A stretch of DNA of 64,000 bases from Spirochaetia bacterium. Lineage in GTDB: Bacteria; Spirochaetota; Spirochaetia; SZUA-6; Bin103. Below are positions 50,985 through 61,923 of this stretch, piece after piece. Position 1 is the stretch's first letter; the number at the start of each line of letters is the position of its first letter. The notes under the pieces were generated by a model. That model was not told where the DNA came from. It saw only the letters and a list, made by a program, of their open reading frames with translations, and searched no databases. Location: positions 512,001-576,000 of the forward strand of contig CBDAOI010000003.1 of NCBI GenBank assembly GCA_965198005.1. Reading direction: 5' to 3'. Position numbers and translations under genes: made by a program.

Positions 50985-52202
50985 TCACGTGCCGGAGCCG
51001 GCCAGCGACGGCACCGCCACCTCGGAATCGACGTCGGCGGCGTAGTCCACCCCCGGCTGACCGAAGCCGAACATGCCGAGGAAAGCGCTGCGATACCCGT
51101 CGAGGTCGGCCAGCTCACGCAGCGTCTCCTCGGTGGCGGCTGCGCCGCGGTCGGCAAGCAGCCTGAACCGCCGCTCCACTTCGCGCTGCACCGCGGCCTC
51201 CATCTCCCAGTCGTCCATCCGCACCCGCCGCTCCGCATCGGTAGGGATCGTCGGCCCGCGGTACAGGCGATCCGCGAACAGCCGGCGCATCTGCGCGACC
51301 GCGTCTTCATGGGTGCCGCGCTCCGCCATCACCCGGAACAGCACCATCAGATAGAGCGGCACCACCGGAAGGGCGGCGCTGGACTGGGTGACCAGCGCCT
51401 TGTTGACCGAGATCAAGGTGCGCGCCGGCAGCTCGCGGTCGAGCGCGTGTGCCGTCCGCTCCAGATGCTCCTTGGCGCGGCCGATGGTGCCGCCGCGGTA
51501 GATCGCGTGCGTCAGCGTCGGCCCGACGTAGGTATAGGCGACGTTGAGGCACCCCGGCGCCAGCAGGCCGGCGGCCTGCAACGCGGTCAGCCAGCGCCGC
51601 CAGTCGTCGCCGCCCATCACCGCCACCGTGGCCCGGACCTCGTCGTCGGCGGCGGGTTCGACGCTGACCGACCGCACCGCGCCGCTGGCCGGGTCGATGG
51701 TGGCGCCCGTGTAGGCGGCGCCGATCGGTTTGAGCACGCTGTCGTAGGTCTCCCCGGAATCGGGGTCGATCCGGCGCGGAGCCGCCAGACTGTAGACCAC
51801 CAGGTCGACCCGGCCCAGACGCTCCGCCACCACCTGCAGAGTCTGCGCGCGCACCTCGTTGGAGAAGGCGTCGCCGTTGATGCTCCAGGCGCCGCGTCCG
51901 GCCGCCGCGGCCTGACGCTCGAACGCGGCGGTGTTGTACCAGCCGGCGGATGCGGTGCGGCGCCCGCTGGCCGGGCGTTCCAGAAACACGCCGACAGTAT
52001 CGGCGCCGCAGCCGAAGGCCGCCACGATGCGCGAAGCCAGCCCGTAGCCGGTGGAGGCGCCGATCACCAGCACCCGTCCGGGCCCCCCGTCAATGGCGGG
52101 CCGCGCACGGACGTAGTCGATCTGGCGCGCCACCTCCGCCGCGCAGCCGGCCGGGTGGGCGGTCAGGCAGATGAAGCCCCGAACCCTGGGTTCGATGATC
52201 AT
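50985..52202 (-). CDS. fabV: Trans-2-enoyl-CoA/enoyl-ACP reductase FabV
   Basis: RGFICLTAHP, GASTGYGLASRI, YSLAAP and FGF motifs. Confidence 0.93.
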   Translation of the reverse strand: MIIEPRVRGFICLTAHPAGCAAEVARQIDYVRARPAIDGGPGRVLVIGASTGYGLASRIVAAFGCGADTVGVFLERPASGRRTASAGWYNTAAFERQAAAAGRGAWSINGDAFSNEVRAQTLQVVAERLGRVDLVVYSLAAPRRIDPDSGETYDSVLKPIGAAYTGATIDPASGAVRSVSVEPAADDEVRATVAVMGGDDWRRWLTALQAAGLLAPGCLNVAYTYVGPTLTHAIYRGGTIGRAKEHLERTAHALDRELPARTLISVNKALVTQSSAALPVVPLYLMVLFRVMAERGTHEDAVAQMRRLFADRLYRGPTIPTDAERRVRMDDWEMEAAVQREVERRFRLLADRGAAATEETLRELADLDGYRSAFLGMFGFGQPGVDYAADVDSEVAVPSLAGSGT

Positions 52203-52221
52203 GACACGTGCCGCGACTGTA

Positions 52222-52953
52222 CTACCCGGAATGGGCCTGCCGCAACAACGCCGCGGCGTGGGGCTGAGAGCGCACGTAGTAGTCGGCGGTCAGCAGGCGG
52301 CGCTCGGCCGCGGTGAGCTGCCAGCCGGCCATTTCGGCCGGCAGCCGGGCGCGCACGTGCGCCAGCACCAGGGCCGCCGCCACGCTGACGTTGAAGCTGC
52401 GGGTAAAGCCGCACATGGGTATGGCAATCAACTGGTCGGCCGCGGCCGCGAGGGCGGGGCTGACGCCGCGGTGTTCGTTGCCGAACGCGATGGCCACGGG
52501 CGTGCTCAGATCGAGCTCCGCCAGCGGCACGCTGCCGGCACTGAGGGAGGTGGCCACCACCCTCAGGCCGGCGGCCCGCAGGTGCGCCACGCACGCGGCG
52601 CTGTCCGGCCAGGGTCTGATGAACAGCCACTTGTCGGCGCCCTGGGTGACGCGGGTGGGCGTGAGGCGGTTGGCCGCGGCCGCCCGCGCCGCCGACCCGG
52701 GCGGCTCGACGACGTGCGCCGCACCGTACCCCAGCCCTTCCGCGCTGCGCAGCACCGCGGCCACGTTGCCGGCGTCGGTCAGGTGCTCCAGGACAGGCAC
52801 CACCGCGAACGTGCGCGCGGTGACCACCTGCGCGATCGCCGCACGCCGGGCCGGGGTCAGGTACGATCCGAGCACGGCCATGATACGGTCCGCCGCGACC
52901 CGCTCGGTTTCGACCTGCAGCGGTTCGCGCAACGGCAGCAGAGAGTCACGCAC
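52222..52953 (-). CDS. TrmH/SpoU family RNA methyltransferase
   Basis: NVAAVLRSAE, FGNEHRG and IPMCGFTRSFNVSVA motifs. Confidence 0.88.
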   Translation of the reverse strand: MRDSLLPLREPLQVETERVAADRIMAVLGSYLTPARRAAIAQVVTARTFAVVPVLEHLTDAGNVAAVLRSAEGLGYGAAHVVEPPGSAARAAAANRLTPTRVTQGADKWLFIRPWPDSAACVAHLRAAGLRVVATSLSAGSVPLAELDLSTPVAIAFGNEHRGVSPALAAAADQLIAIPMCGFTRSFNVSVAAALVLAHVRARLPAEMAGWQLTAAERRLLTADYYVRSQPHAAALLRQAHSG

Positions 52954-53034
52954 CGAAGCGCACCGGGGCGGAGTGAAGCGCAGCGGGGGCGGAACGCGCG
53001 CCCCGCTGCAGGCCGGCCTTGCCTGGGCCTTGCC

Positions 53035-55284
53035 TCAGCCCTTTCCGTTCGACCCGTTCTGCTCCAGGATCGCCTCCAGCACCCGCGGCGGCGACATCGG
53101 CGCCTCCCGCAGACGCACTCCGGTGGCGTCGTGGATGGCGTTGGCGACGGTGGCGATCGGGGCCACGATCGCGTTCTCGCCCACCCCGCGCACGCCGTAG
53201 GGGTGCTTGGGATTGGGCACTTCGACGATCACCGGGTCGATCATCGGCAGGTCGAGCGCGACCGGCATGCGGTAGTCCAGAAAGCCGGCGTTCTCCATCA
53301 CGCCCTGCTCGTTGTAGACGTAGCCTTCGTTCAGCGCCCAGCCGATGCCCTGCGCGGCACCGCCCTGATACTGCCCCTCCACGTAGTCCTTGTGCAGCGC
53401 GCAACCGGCGTCCTGGCACACGGTGTAGCGCACCACGTCCACCTTGCCGGTGTCGGGGTCCACTTCCACGTCGCAGATATGGGTCCCGAACGACGGCGCC
53501 GCGAAGCGGGCGTTGATCGCCGCCTCGGCGCCGAGCGGTCCGCCGGTCTGGGACGCGGACCGGGCCAGCTCCTTGAGCGACAGCGGCGCGTGCGAGCCAT
53601 TGCCGTCCGGGTCGAGATGCGCGGCGCCGTCCTTCCAGGTGACCTTCTCCTGGTCCACCTCCCACACCCGAGCCGCGCGCTCGCGCAGCAGGTCGACCAG
53701 CTTCACGGCAGCCTCGTGGATCGCCATGCTGCTGGCGTAGGCGGTGCTGCTCCCCTCGGAGATGCCGTTCATGCCGACGGTATCGGTGTCGCCGATCGAA
53801 GGATTCACCTGGTCCACGTCGATCCCCAGCTCTTCGGCCAGCACCATCGCCTGCGCGGCGCGCGCGCCGCCGACGTCGGGGCGGCCGGTGACCAGCGACG
53901 CCCGGCCGTCCGGCAGGATGGTGATGTTGGCGGTGGCGTCGCCGCCGATGTTGATCCAGAAGCCGGAGGCCACGCCGCGTCCCTGATTGGGTCCGAGCGG
54001 CGCGGTGTAGTGCGGATGGTCGCGCGCCGCTTCCAGCGTTGCCACCATGCCGATCTCGGGAAAGATGGGACCGTAGGCGGCCTTGGTGCCCTTCCTGGCG
54101 GCATTCTTGAGGCGGAACTCGATCGGGTCCATCCCGATCTCCTCGCACACCTCGTCGATGACGGTCTCGATCGCGTGCGCCGCGTTGGGTGCCAGCGGTG
54201 CTCGGTAGGGGCGCATGTACGGCTTGTTGACCAGCACGTTGTAGCCCTCGATGTGATAGTTCTCCAGGTCGTACGGGGAGGTCAGGCTGAACATCCCGCA
54301 GGCCATCAGGCCACCCGGAAAACTGCCCGACTCGTAGTACAGATCGGCGTCGACCGCGGTAATGCGGCCGTCGCGGGTGGCGCCCAGCTTGAGGCGGATG
54401 TGGCTGCCCGGCGCCGGCCCGGTGGAGGTGAACACTTCGGAGCGGTTCATCACCATCTTGACCGGCCGGCCCGACTGCTTGGACAGCAGAATCGAAACCG
54501 GCTCCAGGAACACGCCGGTCTTGCCGCCGAAGCCGCCGCCGATCTCGGCCGGAATCGACTTGATCTGCGACGGCCTGATCCCCAGCACCGCCGCGCTCTG
54601 GTCACGCATGGCGAAGTGGCCCTGGCTGGACACCCAGAGCATCGCCTGCCCGTCCTCGGAATGGCGCGCGACGCACGCGTGCGGCTCGATGTAGCCCTGA
54701 TGAATGGTGGCGCAGTCGAACTCGTGCTCGATTACGACGTCGGCGGCCGCAAAGCCCGCCTCCAGGTCGCCGGCCTCGAATACGTCCGTGGTGCAGATGT
54801 TCGACGGCGGCGCCGACGCATCGCCGTTGGTGCGCAGGTCGGGATCGATGATCACCGTGCCCTTGGCCGCCTCCACGACGTCGGTGACGTGGGGCAGCAC
54901 CTCGTAGTCGACCTTGATCAGGTCCAGGGCCTGGTCCGCGATCGTGGGGGTCGCCGCCGCCACCGCCGCCACCGCATGGCCGGCGTAGCGCACGTGGCCG
55001 CGGCACATCACGACCTGCGCCTGATGATTGCCGTTGTCCACCGGCGCGCGCGGAAAGTCGTCACCGGTGACCACCGCGAACACCCCGTCCAGGGCCTCCG
55101 CGGCGCTGGTGTCGATCGATCTGATGCGCGCGTGGGCGTGGGGGCTGCGCAGCACCTTGCCGTGCAGCATGCCCGGAAGATGAAGGTCGGCGCCGTACGC
55201 GGCGCGTCCCGTTACTTTGTCGACCCCGTCGTGCCGCACGGGGCGGGTGCCTACCACCCGATATTTGGTTGCTGTGTCACTCAT
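53035..55284 (-). CDS. Xanthine dehydrogenase-family molybdopterin-binding subunit
   Basis: KVTGRAAY, HQGYIEP, IGGGFGGK and RGVGE motifs. GGAGG RBS. Confidence 0.92.
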   Translation of the reverse strand: MSDTATKYRVVGTRPVRHDGVDKVTGRAAYGADLHLPGMLHGKVLRSPHAHARIRSIDTSAAEALDGVFAVVTGDDFPRAPVDNGNHQAQVVMCRGHVRYAGHAVAAVAAATPTIADQALDLIKVDYEVLPHVTDVVEAAKGTVIIDPDLRTNGDASAPPSNICTTDVFEAGDLEAGFAAADVVIEHEFDCATIHQGYIEPHACVARHSEDGQAMLWVSSQGHFAMRDQSAAVLGIRPSQIKSIPAEIGGGFGGKTGVFLEPVSILLSKQSGRPVKMVMNRSEVFTSTGPAPGSHIRLKLGATRDGRITAVDADLYYESGSFPGGLMACGMFSLTSPYDLENYHIEGYNVLVNKPYMRPYRAPLAPNAAHAIETVIDEVCEEIGMDPIEFRLKNAARKGTKAAYGPIFPEIGMVATLEAARDHPHYTAPLGPNQGRGVASGFWINIGGDATANITILPDGRASLVTGRPDVGGARAAQAMVLAEELGIDVDQVNPSIGDTDTVGMNGISEGSSTAYASSMAIHEAAVKLVDLLRERAARVWEVDQEKVTWKDGAAHLDPDGNGSHAPLSLKELARSASQTGGPLGAEAAINARFAAPSFGTHICDVEVDPDTGKVDVVRYTVCQDAGCALHKDYVEGQYQGGAAQGIGWALNEGYVYNEQGVMENAGFLDYRMPVALDLPMIDPVIVEVPNPKHPYGVRGVGENAIVAPIATVANAIHDATGVRLREAPMSPPRVLEAILEQNGSNGKG

Positions 55285-55419
55285 GTAGCCTGCCTCCGGC
55301 ATGATTGGTCGGGGTCAAGGTAGCGGGCCGGTGCCACTCTGTCAACGGCAACGTACGGCAACGACGCCGGCTGCCCCGGCTGCCTCGGCTTGCCCGGTCC
55401 CGTCGGCCCACGGTAGACT

Positions 55420-55437
55420 TTGGAACGAGCGGTCAAA
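55420..55437. promoter_or_regulatory. Imperfect palindrome TTGGAACGAGCGGTCAAA, candidate TetR operator
   Basis: 12 of 18 positions self-complementary, between the divergent tetR and molybdoenzyme genes. Confidence 0.4.
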
Positions 55438-55518
55438 TACCCAGGGGGTCCGAGCTCTCGGGCCAAGCCCGCGAACGGACCATTCAACAGGCAATTCAAC
55501 AGGAAGGTCAGTGGGTCA

Positions 55519-56103
55519 GTGGGAAGGAAAAAACAGTTCAAGGTCGAGGACACCCTGGCGAAGGCGATGGAAGTATTCTCGGCGCGCGGCTATCACGCGA
55601 CGTCGATACTGGACCTCGCGGCGGGCACCGGCATGAGCCGCAGCAACGTGTACGCTTCCCTCGGCGACAAGCACACCGTGTTTCTCCGGGTGCTGCGCCA
55701 CTACGCCGCACGGTGGCAGGCCCACGTCCGGACGGCGCTGGCCGAACCCCTCTCGCCGCGTCAGGCGATCTCGAGTCTGTTGGCGTCCGCAATCGCGGAG
55801 ACCGACGGCGATGACTCCTGGAGCGGTTGCGGCATGCTGATGAACACCGCGCTGGAGTTGACGCCGTACGACGCGGAGGTCAAGGCGATTGTGGAGCGCG
55901 CGTTCGCAGACCTCGAGCAGTGCTTCCGCGCCGCGATCGTTGCCGGCCAGACGCTGGCCGAGATTCCGCGGCGGGTGGCTCCCGACCTGACCGCGCGTTC
56001 CCTGCTGACGCTGCTGATCGGGTGGTGGGTGCTGGTACGGAGCCGCGGTCCGGGGCCGCTCCGGCGCTCCATCGTCCAGCAGGTGGACGACCTGCTGGGT
56101 TAG
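55519..56103 (+). CDS. TetR/AcrR family regulator
   Basis: GRKKQF, FSARGYHATS, SNVY..GDK and GCGMLMN motifs. Confidence 0.9.
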   Translation: MGRKKQFKVEDTLAKAMEVFSARGYHATSILDLAAGTGMSRSNVYASLGDKHTVFLRVLRHYAARWQAHVRTALAEPLSPRQAISSLLASAIAETDGDDSWSGCGMLMNTALELTPYDAEVKAIVERAFADLEQCFRAAIVAGQTLAEIPRRVAPDLTARSLLTLLIGWWVLVRSRGPGPLRRSIVQQVDDLLG

Positions 56104-56783
56104 CGCGCTGGCGTTGGCTGTTGGCGCAGGTAGCGCGTGACCGAGCGCGGGTGGGTGATCAGTTCCGCGGCGCCCGCGGCGAGCAGCTCGCGCGGTGGCC
56201 GATAGCCCCAGGTGGCACCGACCGGATAGGCGCCGCAGCGCCGGCCGGCCAGCATGTCGGCGTCGCCGTCCCCGATCAGGAGCAATTGGCGAGGATGCAG
56301 CCGCAACGTGCGTGCCAGAGCGAGCAGGCCGGCCGGGTCCGGTTTCGGTGCGGAGTGCGGTCCGAGGCCCCGCACCGCCCGAAACGGCACACCGGGAAAC
56401 AGGCCGCGTACTACCTGCACCGTCTCCTGATGCAGTTTGTTGGAGAGCACCGCCATCGGTACGCGGCGGCGGTTCAGTTCAGCCAGCAGCCAGCGCACGC
56501 CCGGGTAGGGCCGGGTGGTGCGCAGCGCGTGCCGGCGGTAGTGAACGCGCATCAGGGCGCGGGCCGCTTCGGCGTGCGCCGGCCGGCGGTGCGCGGGCGG
56601 CAGGGCCCGGGCCACCAGCGCGTTGGCGCCGGCGCCGATGAGTTGCCGGTAGCAGGCGGTGGGATGGGGTGGATGGCCCAGCTCCCGCAGCGTGGCGTTC
56701 ATCGCGGCTGCAAGGTCCTGGACCGAATCGACGAGGGTGCCGTCCAGATCGAACACCACCGCTCTGGGCGCCGGCCGGATCAC
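56100..56783 (-). CDS. HAD phosphatase (phosphoglycolate phosphatase-like)
   Basis: FDLDGTLVDS, LSNK, KPDP and IGDGDAD motifs. Confidence 0.9.
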   Translation of the reverse strand: MIRPAPRAVVFDLDGTLVDSVQDLAAAMNATLRELGHPPHPTACYRQLIGAGANALVARALPPAHRRPAHAEAARALMRVHYRRHALRTTRPYPGVRWLLAELNRRRVPMAVLSNKLHQETVQVVRGLFPGVPFRAVRGLGPHSAPKPDPAGLLALARTLRLHPRQLLLIGDGDADMLAGRRCGAYPVGATWGYRPPRELLAAGAAELITHPRSVTRYLRQQPTPAR

Positions 56784-56870
56784 GTCTCAATCGTACTCCG
56801 CCCCGTGCGCGGGCGCCACCGGGGCGCCCGCAGACCCGCCAGACCGTCACGCTCGGGCTGGACGCGGCCG

Positions 56871-57674
56871 TCAGTTGGACGGCGCGGGTGACACCACCAC
56901 GCCGCCGGTGGCATCCACCTGCAGCGCCCGGCCGGTGCCGTCGCCGGCGAGCAACAGGTGGTAGCCGGTGCGGGCCGACACCGTCAGCGGGGTGGTGCCG
57001 TCACTCTCGAGCGGCGGCGCGAACGGGTCCCACCACACCCAGCGGCCGGCCGGGAGCCGCAGCGTGACTTCGTGCGCCGGCCGCGGCCGGATCAGCGTCA
57101 CGCGCATGGCGTTGGTCTGCAGGGCGGCGAGAATGGCAGTGCGGTCCAGTGACCAGGGATCGCGCGGCACGCGCGCGCCAATCTCCCGGTCCAGCCGCGC
57201 GAGGTTGAGGAACCGCGGATTGGTGCCGCCGCGCCACAGGTTCAGCACCAGGTCGGCCAGGAAGCCCCGTTCCCACGACGCGTTCAGCACGCCCTGCGCC
57301 GGGCCTGGGGCTGTCACCACCGCCCCCGCCGGGCGCAGTGGCACGGTGCCGCCGACCAGCGGCTGGACGTGGACCACGGTTCCGGCCTGCCGCCCGACCG
57401 GCAGCGCCAGCCGGCTGCCGGGACGTGCGTCCGGCAGCCGGTGCTCGCTGCCGTCGCCGCCGTCGACCGCGGTAACGCGCAAGGTAACGTCCAGGTGCCG
57501 CCACGCCGCCGGCAGCGCCGGAAGCTGCACCGCCCACCGCTCCGCCGACAGGTCGCACCCGGCCAGCGCCGCCGGCCCGATCCCCAGCGCCCCGATCCCC
57601 AGCACACCCAGTGCCGCTCTCCGTATCGTCCCGTTCATACCAGGGGCAACGGGCGGGATTCGGTGGCGCTTCAA
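56871..57674 (-). CDS. Hypothetical lipoprotein
   Basis: Signal peptide with lipobox LAGC. Confidence 0.6.
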   Translation of the reverse strand: MKRHRIPPVAPGMNGTIRRAALGVLGIGALGIGPAALAGCDLSAERWAVQLPALPAAWRHLDVTLRVTAVDGGDGSEHRLPDARPGSRLALPVGRQAGTVVHVQPLVGGTVPLRPAGAVVTAPGPAQGVLNASWERGFLADLVLNLWRGGTNPRFLNLARLDREIGARVPRDPWSLDRTAILAALQTNAMRVTLIRPRPAHEVTLRLPAGRWVWWDPFAPPLESDGTTPLTVSARTGYHLLLAGDGTGRALQVDATGGVVVSPAPSN

Positions 57675-57705
57675 TCGGGGCAGCCGGGGGACTCAGCCGG
57701 CGGAC

Positions 57706-59613
57706 TCAGCGGACCGCGGCAACCCCGGAGCGGTACATGCCCAGCAGGCGATAGCTGGCGGCCGCCGCCCGCACCTGCTCCATCGCCTGCTCGAACGACG
57801 CGCGCGCGGCCGGCACGTCGAGGTCGACGTAGAACATGTACTCCCACGGCCGGCCGGGAATCGGTCGCGATTCCAGCTTCTTCATGTTGAGCCGGCTGTC
57901 GGCCAGCACCTGCAGCACCCGAAACAGGCTGCCCGGCTCGTCGCGCGCCGAGAACACGATCGAGGCGCGGGTCGGATCGGTCACCGCGGCGTGCTCGTCG
58001 CGCGCCAGCAGCACGAAGCGGGTGTAGTTGCGGACGTTGGTCTCGATCCCCTCCGCCAGCACCGTCATCTTGTGCTCGCGCGCCGCCGCGGCCCCGGCCA
58101 GCGCCGCCTGGGTCGGGTCCCCCGCCTGCGCCACGTGCGCCACCGCCCCGGCGGTGTCGTAGAACGGCACCTCCTCCCACTCGGGAAAGCCGGCCAGGAA
58201 CTGCGCGCACTGGGCCAGTCCCTGCGGATGGGAGAGCACGCGCCGGATGCCGCCGGTGGCCGCCCCCGGCACCCCGATCAGGCACCAGACGATGCGGGTG
58301 GTGATCTCGCCCACGATCTTGATGTCCGGGAACTGCAGCAGCAGGTCGTAGTTCTGGTGAATCGACCCGGTCAGGGAGTTCTCGATCGGCAGCAGTCCGT
58401 AGCCCACCGATCCGTCCAGCACCTGGCGAAACACGTCGGCGAACTCACGGGCGGGCACCGGCCGCGGGTGCGGGAAGTAGCGGAAGATGGCGTTCTCGCT
58501 GTGGGCGCCGCGTTCACCCTGAAACGCGACCGTCACCGGCGCGGGCGCCGCGGATGAGGCGCCGGCCGGCGGCGGTGGCCGGCGGGCGGGACGCGGCAGG
58601 CGCGCCACTTCCTTGCCGAGCACCGGGGCCAGCCGCTCGACGTCGCGCATCAGCTTCTCGAACTGAGCGGGAAACAGCGACTGCGGCCCGTCCGACAGCG
58701 CTGCCTCGGGGTCGGGATGCACCTCGACCAGGATGCCGTCGGCGCCCGCCGCCACCGCGGCCAGCGCCATCGGCGCCACCTTGTCGCGCATGCCGGTGCC
58801 GTGGCTGGGATCGACGAAGATCGGCAGGTGGCTGAGCTCCTTGACCACCGGAATGGCCGACAGATCGAGCGTGTTGCGGGTGTAGGTCTCGAAGGTGCGG
58901 ATGCCGCGTTCGCACAGGATCACCGCGTCGGTGCCGTGGGCCAGCAGGTATTCGGCGGACAGCAGCAGATCCTCGATGGTGGCGGCCAGCCCGCGCTTGA
59001 GCAGCACCGGCTTGCCCATCTCGCCCACCCGCTTGAGCAGCTCGTAGTTCTGCATGTTGCGCGCCCCGATCTGCAGCACGTCCACGTGGTCGGCCAGCAG
59101 CGGCAGGTATTCGGCCGCCACGACCTCGGAGACCACCGGCAGCCCGTAGCGCTCGCCGGCCTCCTTCAACAGCTCGACGCCCGGCTGCCCGAGCCCCTGA
59201 AACGAGTAGGGCGAGGTGCGCGGCTTGAACGCCCCGCCGCGCAGACCGACCGCGCCCGACTCCTTGAGCAGCGCCGCCACCTCGAAGATCTGGGCGCGCG
59301 ACTCCACCGCGCACGGTCCGGCGAACACCGCCAGGCGGCCGCCCCCCACCTTGAGCGGGCCGAGGCCGATGACCGTTTCGTCGCGCTTGAACTCGCGCGA
59401 GGCGAGCTTGTAGGGCTGGTTGAGCGGGATCACCTGGGCGACGCCCGGCAGGAGCTCGATCTGGCGTTGATCGAGCGGGTCGCCGCCGACCGCACCGAGC
59501 ACGGTCTCGCCGTCCTGCTCCAGCTCGCGGATCCGGTAGCGGTGCTCCTGGAGATGCGCCCGCACCGCGCTCTTCTGCCCCTGGGTGATGCCACGATCGA
59601 GAACGACGACCAT
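57706..59613 (-). CDS. Fused type I-beta DAHP synthase / prephenate dehydratase
   Basis: [19 protein letters not shown] and DPSH, then [28 protein letters not shown] and LESRP in a single ORF. Confidence 0.92.
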   Translation of the reverse strand: MVVVLDRGITQGQKSAVRAHLQEHRYRIRELEQDGETVLGAVGGDPLDQRQIELLPGVAQVIPLNQPYKLASREFKRDETVIGLGPLKVGGGRLAVFAGPCAVESRAQIFEVAALLKESGAVGLRGGAFKPRTSPYSFQGLGQPGVELLKEAGERYGLPVVSEVVAAEYLPLLADHVDVLQIGARNMQNYELLKRVGEMGKPVLLKRGLAATIEDLLLSAEYLLAHGTDAVILCERGIRTFETYTRNTLDLSAIPVVKELSHLPIFVDPSHGTGMRDKVAPMALAAVAAGADGILVEVHPDPEAALSDGPQSLFPAQFEKLMRDVERLAPVLGKEVARLPRPARRPPPPAGASSAAPAPVTVAFQGERGAHSENAIFRYFPHPRPVPAREFADVFRQVLDGSVGYGLLPIENSLTGSIHQNYDLLLQFPDIKIVGEITTRIVWCLIGVPGAATGGIRRVLSHPQGLAQCAQFLAGFPEWEEVPFYDTAGAVAHVAQAGDPTQAALAGAAAAREHKMTVLAEGIETNVRNYTRFVLLARDEHAAVTDPTRASIVFSARDEPGSLFRVLQVLADSRLNMKKLESRPIPGRPWEYMFYVDLDVPAARASFEQAMEQVRAAAASYRLLGMYRSGVAAVR

Positions 59614-59683
59614 GGGAGACCCTACGGAGGTCGGTTTTTGCGTGTCAAGATGCCGTTCGGCTGCTACACTGGGCGCGGTGCGA

Positions 59684-60235
59684 ATGATGCGCAAACTGAT
59701 CGTCCAGTACGTCAAGGATCTGACCGCCGGCCGACTGGCCTCCGGGTTCGAACACTCCTACCGCGTGTACCACTTGGCGCGCGAGATCGGCGAGGGCGAG
59801 CGGTACGACGATGACGTTCTGCACGCCGCCTGCTTTCTGCACAACGTCGAAATCCCGGCGCGCCGGCTGAACGAGGCGGTGGAGAAGGCGGAGCTGATTC
59901 TAGCCGAGACCGGCTTCCCGCCGGACCGGTCCCAACGGGTGACCCAGGCGATCCGCGAGCACCGTCCCGGCAGCCGTCCGTCGACGATAGAGGGACAGCT
60001 CCTCCACGACGCCAATCTGCTCGACACGATCGGGGCGATCGGGTTTGCGCGGCTGGCCATCGGCGCCTTTTTCTGGCACCACTACAAGACCATGCAGGAG
60101 GTGCTGGAGATGATCCGCGAGCGGCTGAGCTACGCCGACACGTTCCACTTCGAGCGCGCCCGGGCCATGGCGCAACCCAAGGTGGCCTTCATGCGCGCCG
60201 CGGTCGAGCAACTGGCGGCGGAGCTGGAGCAGTAG
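59684..60235 (+). CDS. HD-domain-like protein (HD changed to HN)
   Basis: HSYRV, AACFLHNV and DANLLDTIGAIG motifs. Confidence 0.75.
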   Translation: MMRKLIVQYVKDLTAGRLASGFEHSYRVYHLAREIGEGERYDDDVLHAACFLHNVEIPARRLNEAVEKAELILAETGFPPDRSQRVTQAIREHRPGSRPSTIEGQLLHDANLLDTIGAIGFARLAIGAFFWHHYKTMQEVLEMIRERLSYADTFHFERARAMAQPKVAFMRAAVEQLAAELEQ

Positions 60236-60239
60236 CCTT

Positions 60240-61211
60240 ATGCATGCGATCGTGGTAGGTGACGGGCCGGAGGCGCCGCTGGAGTGGCGCGAGGTGCCCG
60301 ACCCGCGGCCGCTGCCGCACGAGGTGCTGGTGCGGATTCACGCCACCGCGGTCAATCGCGCCGACCTGTACCAGCGCCGCGGCGGCTACGATCCTCCGCC
60401 CGGCGCGCCGCCCTACCTGGGGCTGGAGATGGCGGGCGTGGTCGAAGCGTGCGGGGCAGAGACCTCGGGGGTCGCGGTGGGCGATCGCGTGTGCTCGATT
60501 CTGGGCGGCGGCGGCTACGCCGAGGCGGTGGCGGTGGACGCGCGCCATCTGCTGCCGGTGCCGGAGGCGCTGAGCCTGGTGGAAGGCGGCGGGCTGCCGG
60601 AGGTGTTCCTCACCGCGTACGTGAACCTGTTCCTCGAGGCGGGCCTGAGCGCGGGTGAGACGGTGTTGATTCACGGCGGCGCCAGCGGCGTCGGCACCGC
60701 GGCGATTCAGCTCGCGCGGCACGCCGGGGCGACGGTATGCGTCACCGCCCGCTCCGAGGAGAAGCTGGCGGCCTGCCGCACGCTGGGGGCGCAGGTGGCG
60801 GTCAACCACGTGACCGAGGACTGGGCCGCCGCCATTGGCGCCGCCGCTGGCGGGGTGGACGTGATTCTCGACTGTGTCGGCGGCGCCTACCTGGAACGCC
60901 ACCTCAAGCTGCTGCGGGTGCGCGGGCGGCTGGTGTTCATCGCCACCCTGGGCGGCGCCACGGCCGAGTTCCCCATCGGCCAGCTCATGGGCAAGCGGCT
61001 GCGGCTCATCGGCTCGGTGCTGCGGCCGCGCACCGCCGACGAAAAGGCCGCCATCAGCGCCGGCTTCCAGCGCGACTTCGGCGCCGCGGTGGCCGCCCGC
61101 GAGCTCCTGCCGATCATCCACACCGCCATGCCGATCCAACAGGCCGCCGCCGCGCACGCCCTGCTGGAACGCTACGACAACATCGGCAAGGTAGTCCTCA
61201 CCGTCCGCTGA
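60240..61211 (+). CDS. NAD(P)H-quinone oxidoreductase (PIG3/MDR family)
   Basis: VNRADL, GLEMAG, HGGASGVGT and GKVVL motifs. Confidence 0.93.
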   Translation: MHAIVVGDGPEAPLEWREVPDPRPLPHEVLVRIHATAVNRADLYQRRGGYDPPPGAPPYLGLEMAGVVEACGAETSGVAVGDRVCSILGGGGYAEAVAVDARHLLPVPEALSLVEGGGLPEVFLTAYVNLFLEAGLSAGETVLIHGGASGVGTAAIQLARHAGATVCVTARSEEKLAACRTLGAQVAVNHVTEDWAAAIGAAAGGVDVILDCVGGAYLERHLKLLRVRGRLVFIATLGGATAEFPIGQLMGKRLRLIGSVLRPRTADEKAAISAGFQRDFGAAVAARELLPIIHTAMPIQQAAAAHALLERYDNIGKVVLTVR

Positions 61212-61408
61212 CCTGGTGTGAGACGGCCCTGGTACGTGGTGTCGGCAACATCTGCAGCAGAACGACGAACAGCCCGCGGGCCTCGTCCTTGTCGGCTGTC
61301 CCAGTACCTCGGCGCTCGGCGGTGTAGTCGTAGCCGTGGCCGTGCACCGGTGCGTTCCCCCGCGCTGAAGCCGGCGGTTGACGGCCGGCGCCGCCATCGG
61401 CACTGGCG

Positions 61409-61747
61409 GTGACGCCGGTCTGGGTCACCTTCGTGGTGGATGCCGCCGGCCCGGGGGTGCTGCCGCTCGCCTCCCTGACCTCCACTTCGGTGATGGCGGC
61501 ACCGGCCCAGCAGGCAGCACCGGGGCTGCGGGCGCTGGCCTCCAGCCTGCCGCTGGGGCTGAGTTGGGGCTTGGCCAGCCTGACCCTGCCACTGCTCGGC
61601 TGGATCGGCGACCAGGTCGGGGGCACCGCCATGCTGCCCGGCCTGGCCTGGTTGCCGCTGGTCGCTGCGGCGATCATGGTTCTGCTGATGCCTACGCGCC
61701 GGCCGGCGCCGCTGGTCGAACCAGCCCCTGCTGCAGCAAGCGGGTAA
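61409..61747 (+). pseudogene. C-terminal fragment of an MFS transporter
   Basis: AQQAAP...ASSL.LGLSWG...LGWIGD..G resembles the last TMs of MFS proteins. Confidence 0.5.
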
Positions 61748-61923
61748 TGGCGCCGGTGAGCGCCGGCACTGTGTCCGGCGCCTGAATCGCCGCGGCCAGC
61801 TCGTGCTGCTCCGCTTGCGGGTACTGCACGTCGACGACCTGATGCGCAAGCGCCAGCGCCCCCATCCACTCCGTCCTGCCGATACCGCATTGAGCCTGAA
61901 ACCCCGGGGGCACTTACCAATAC

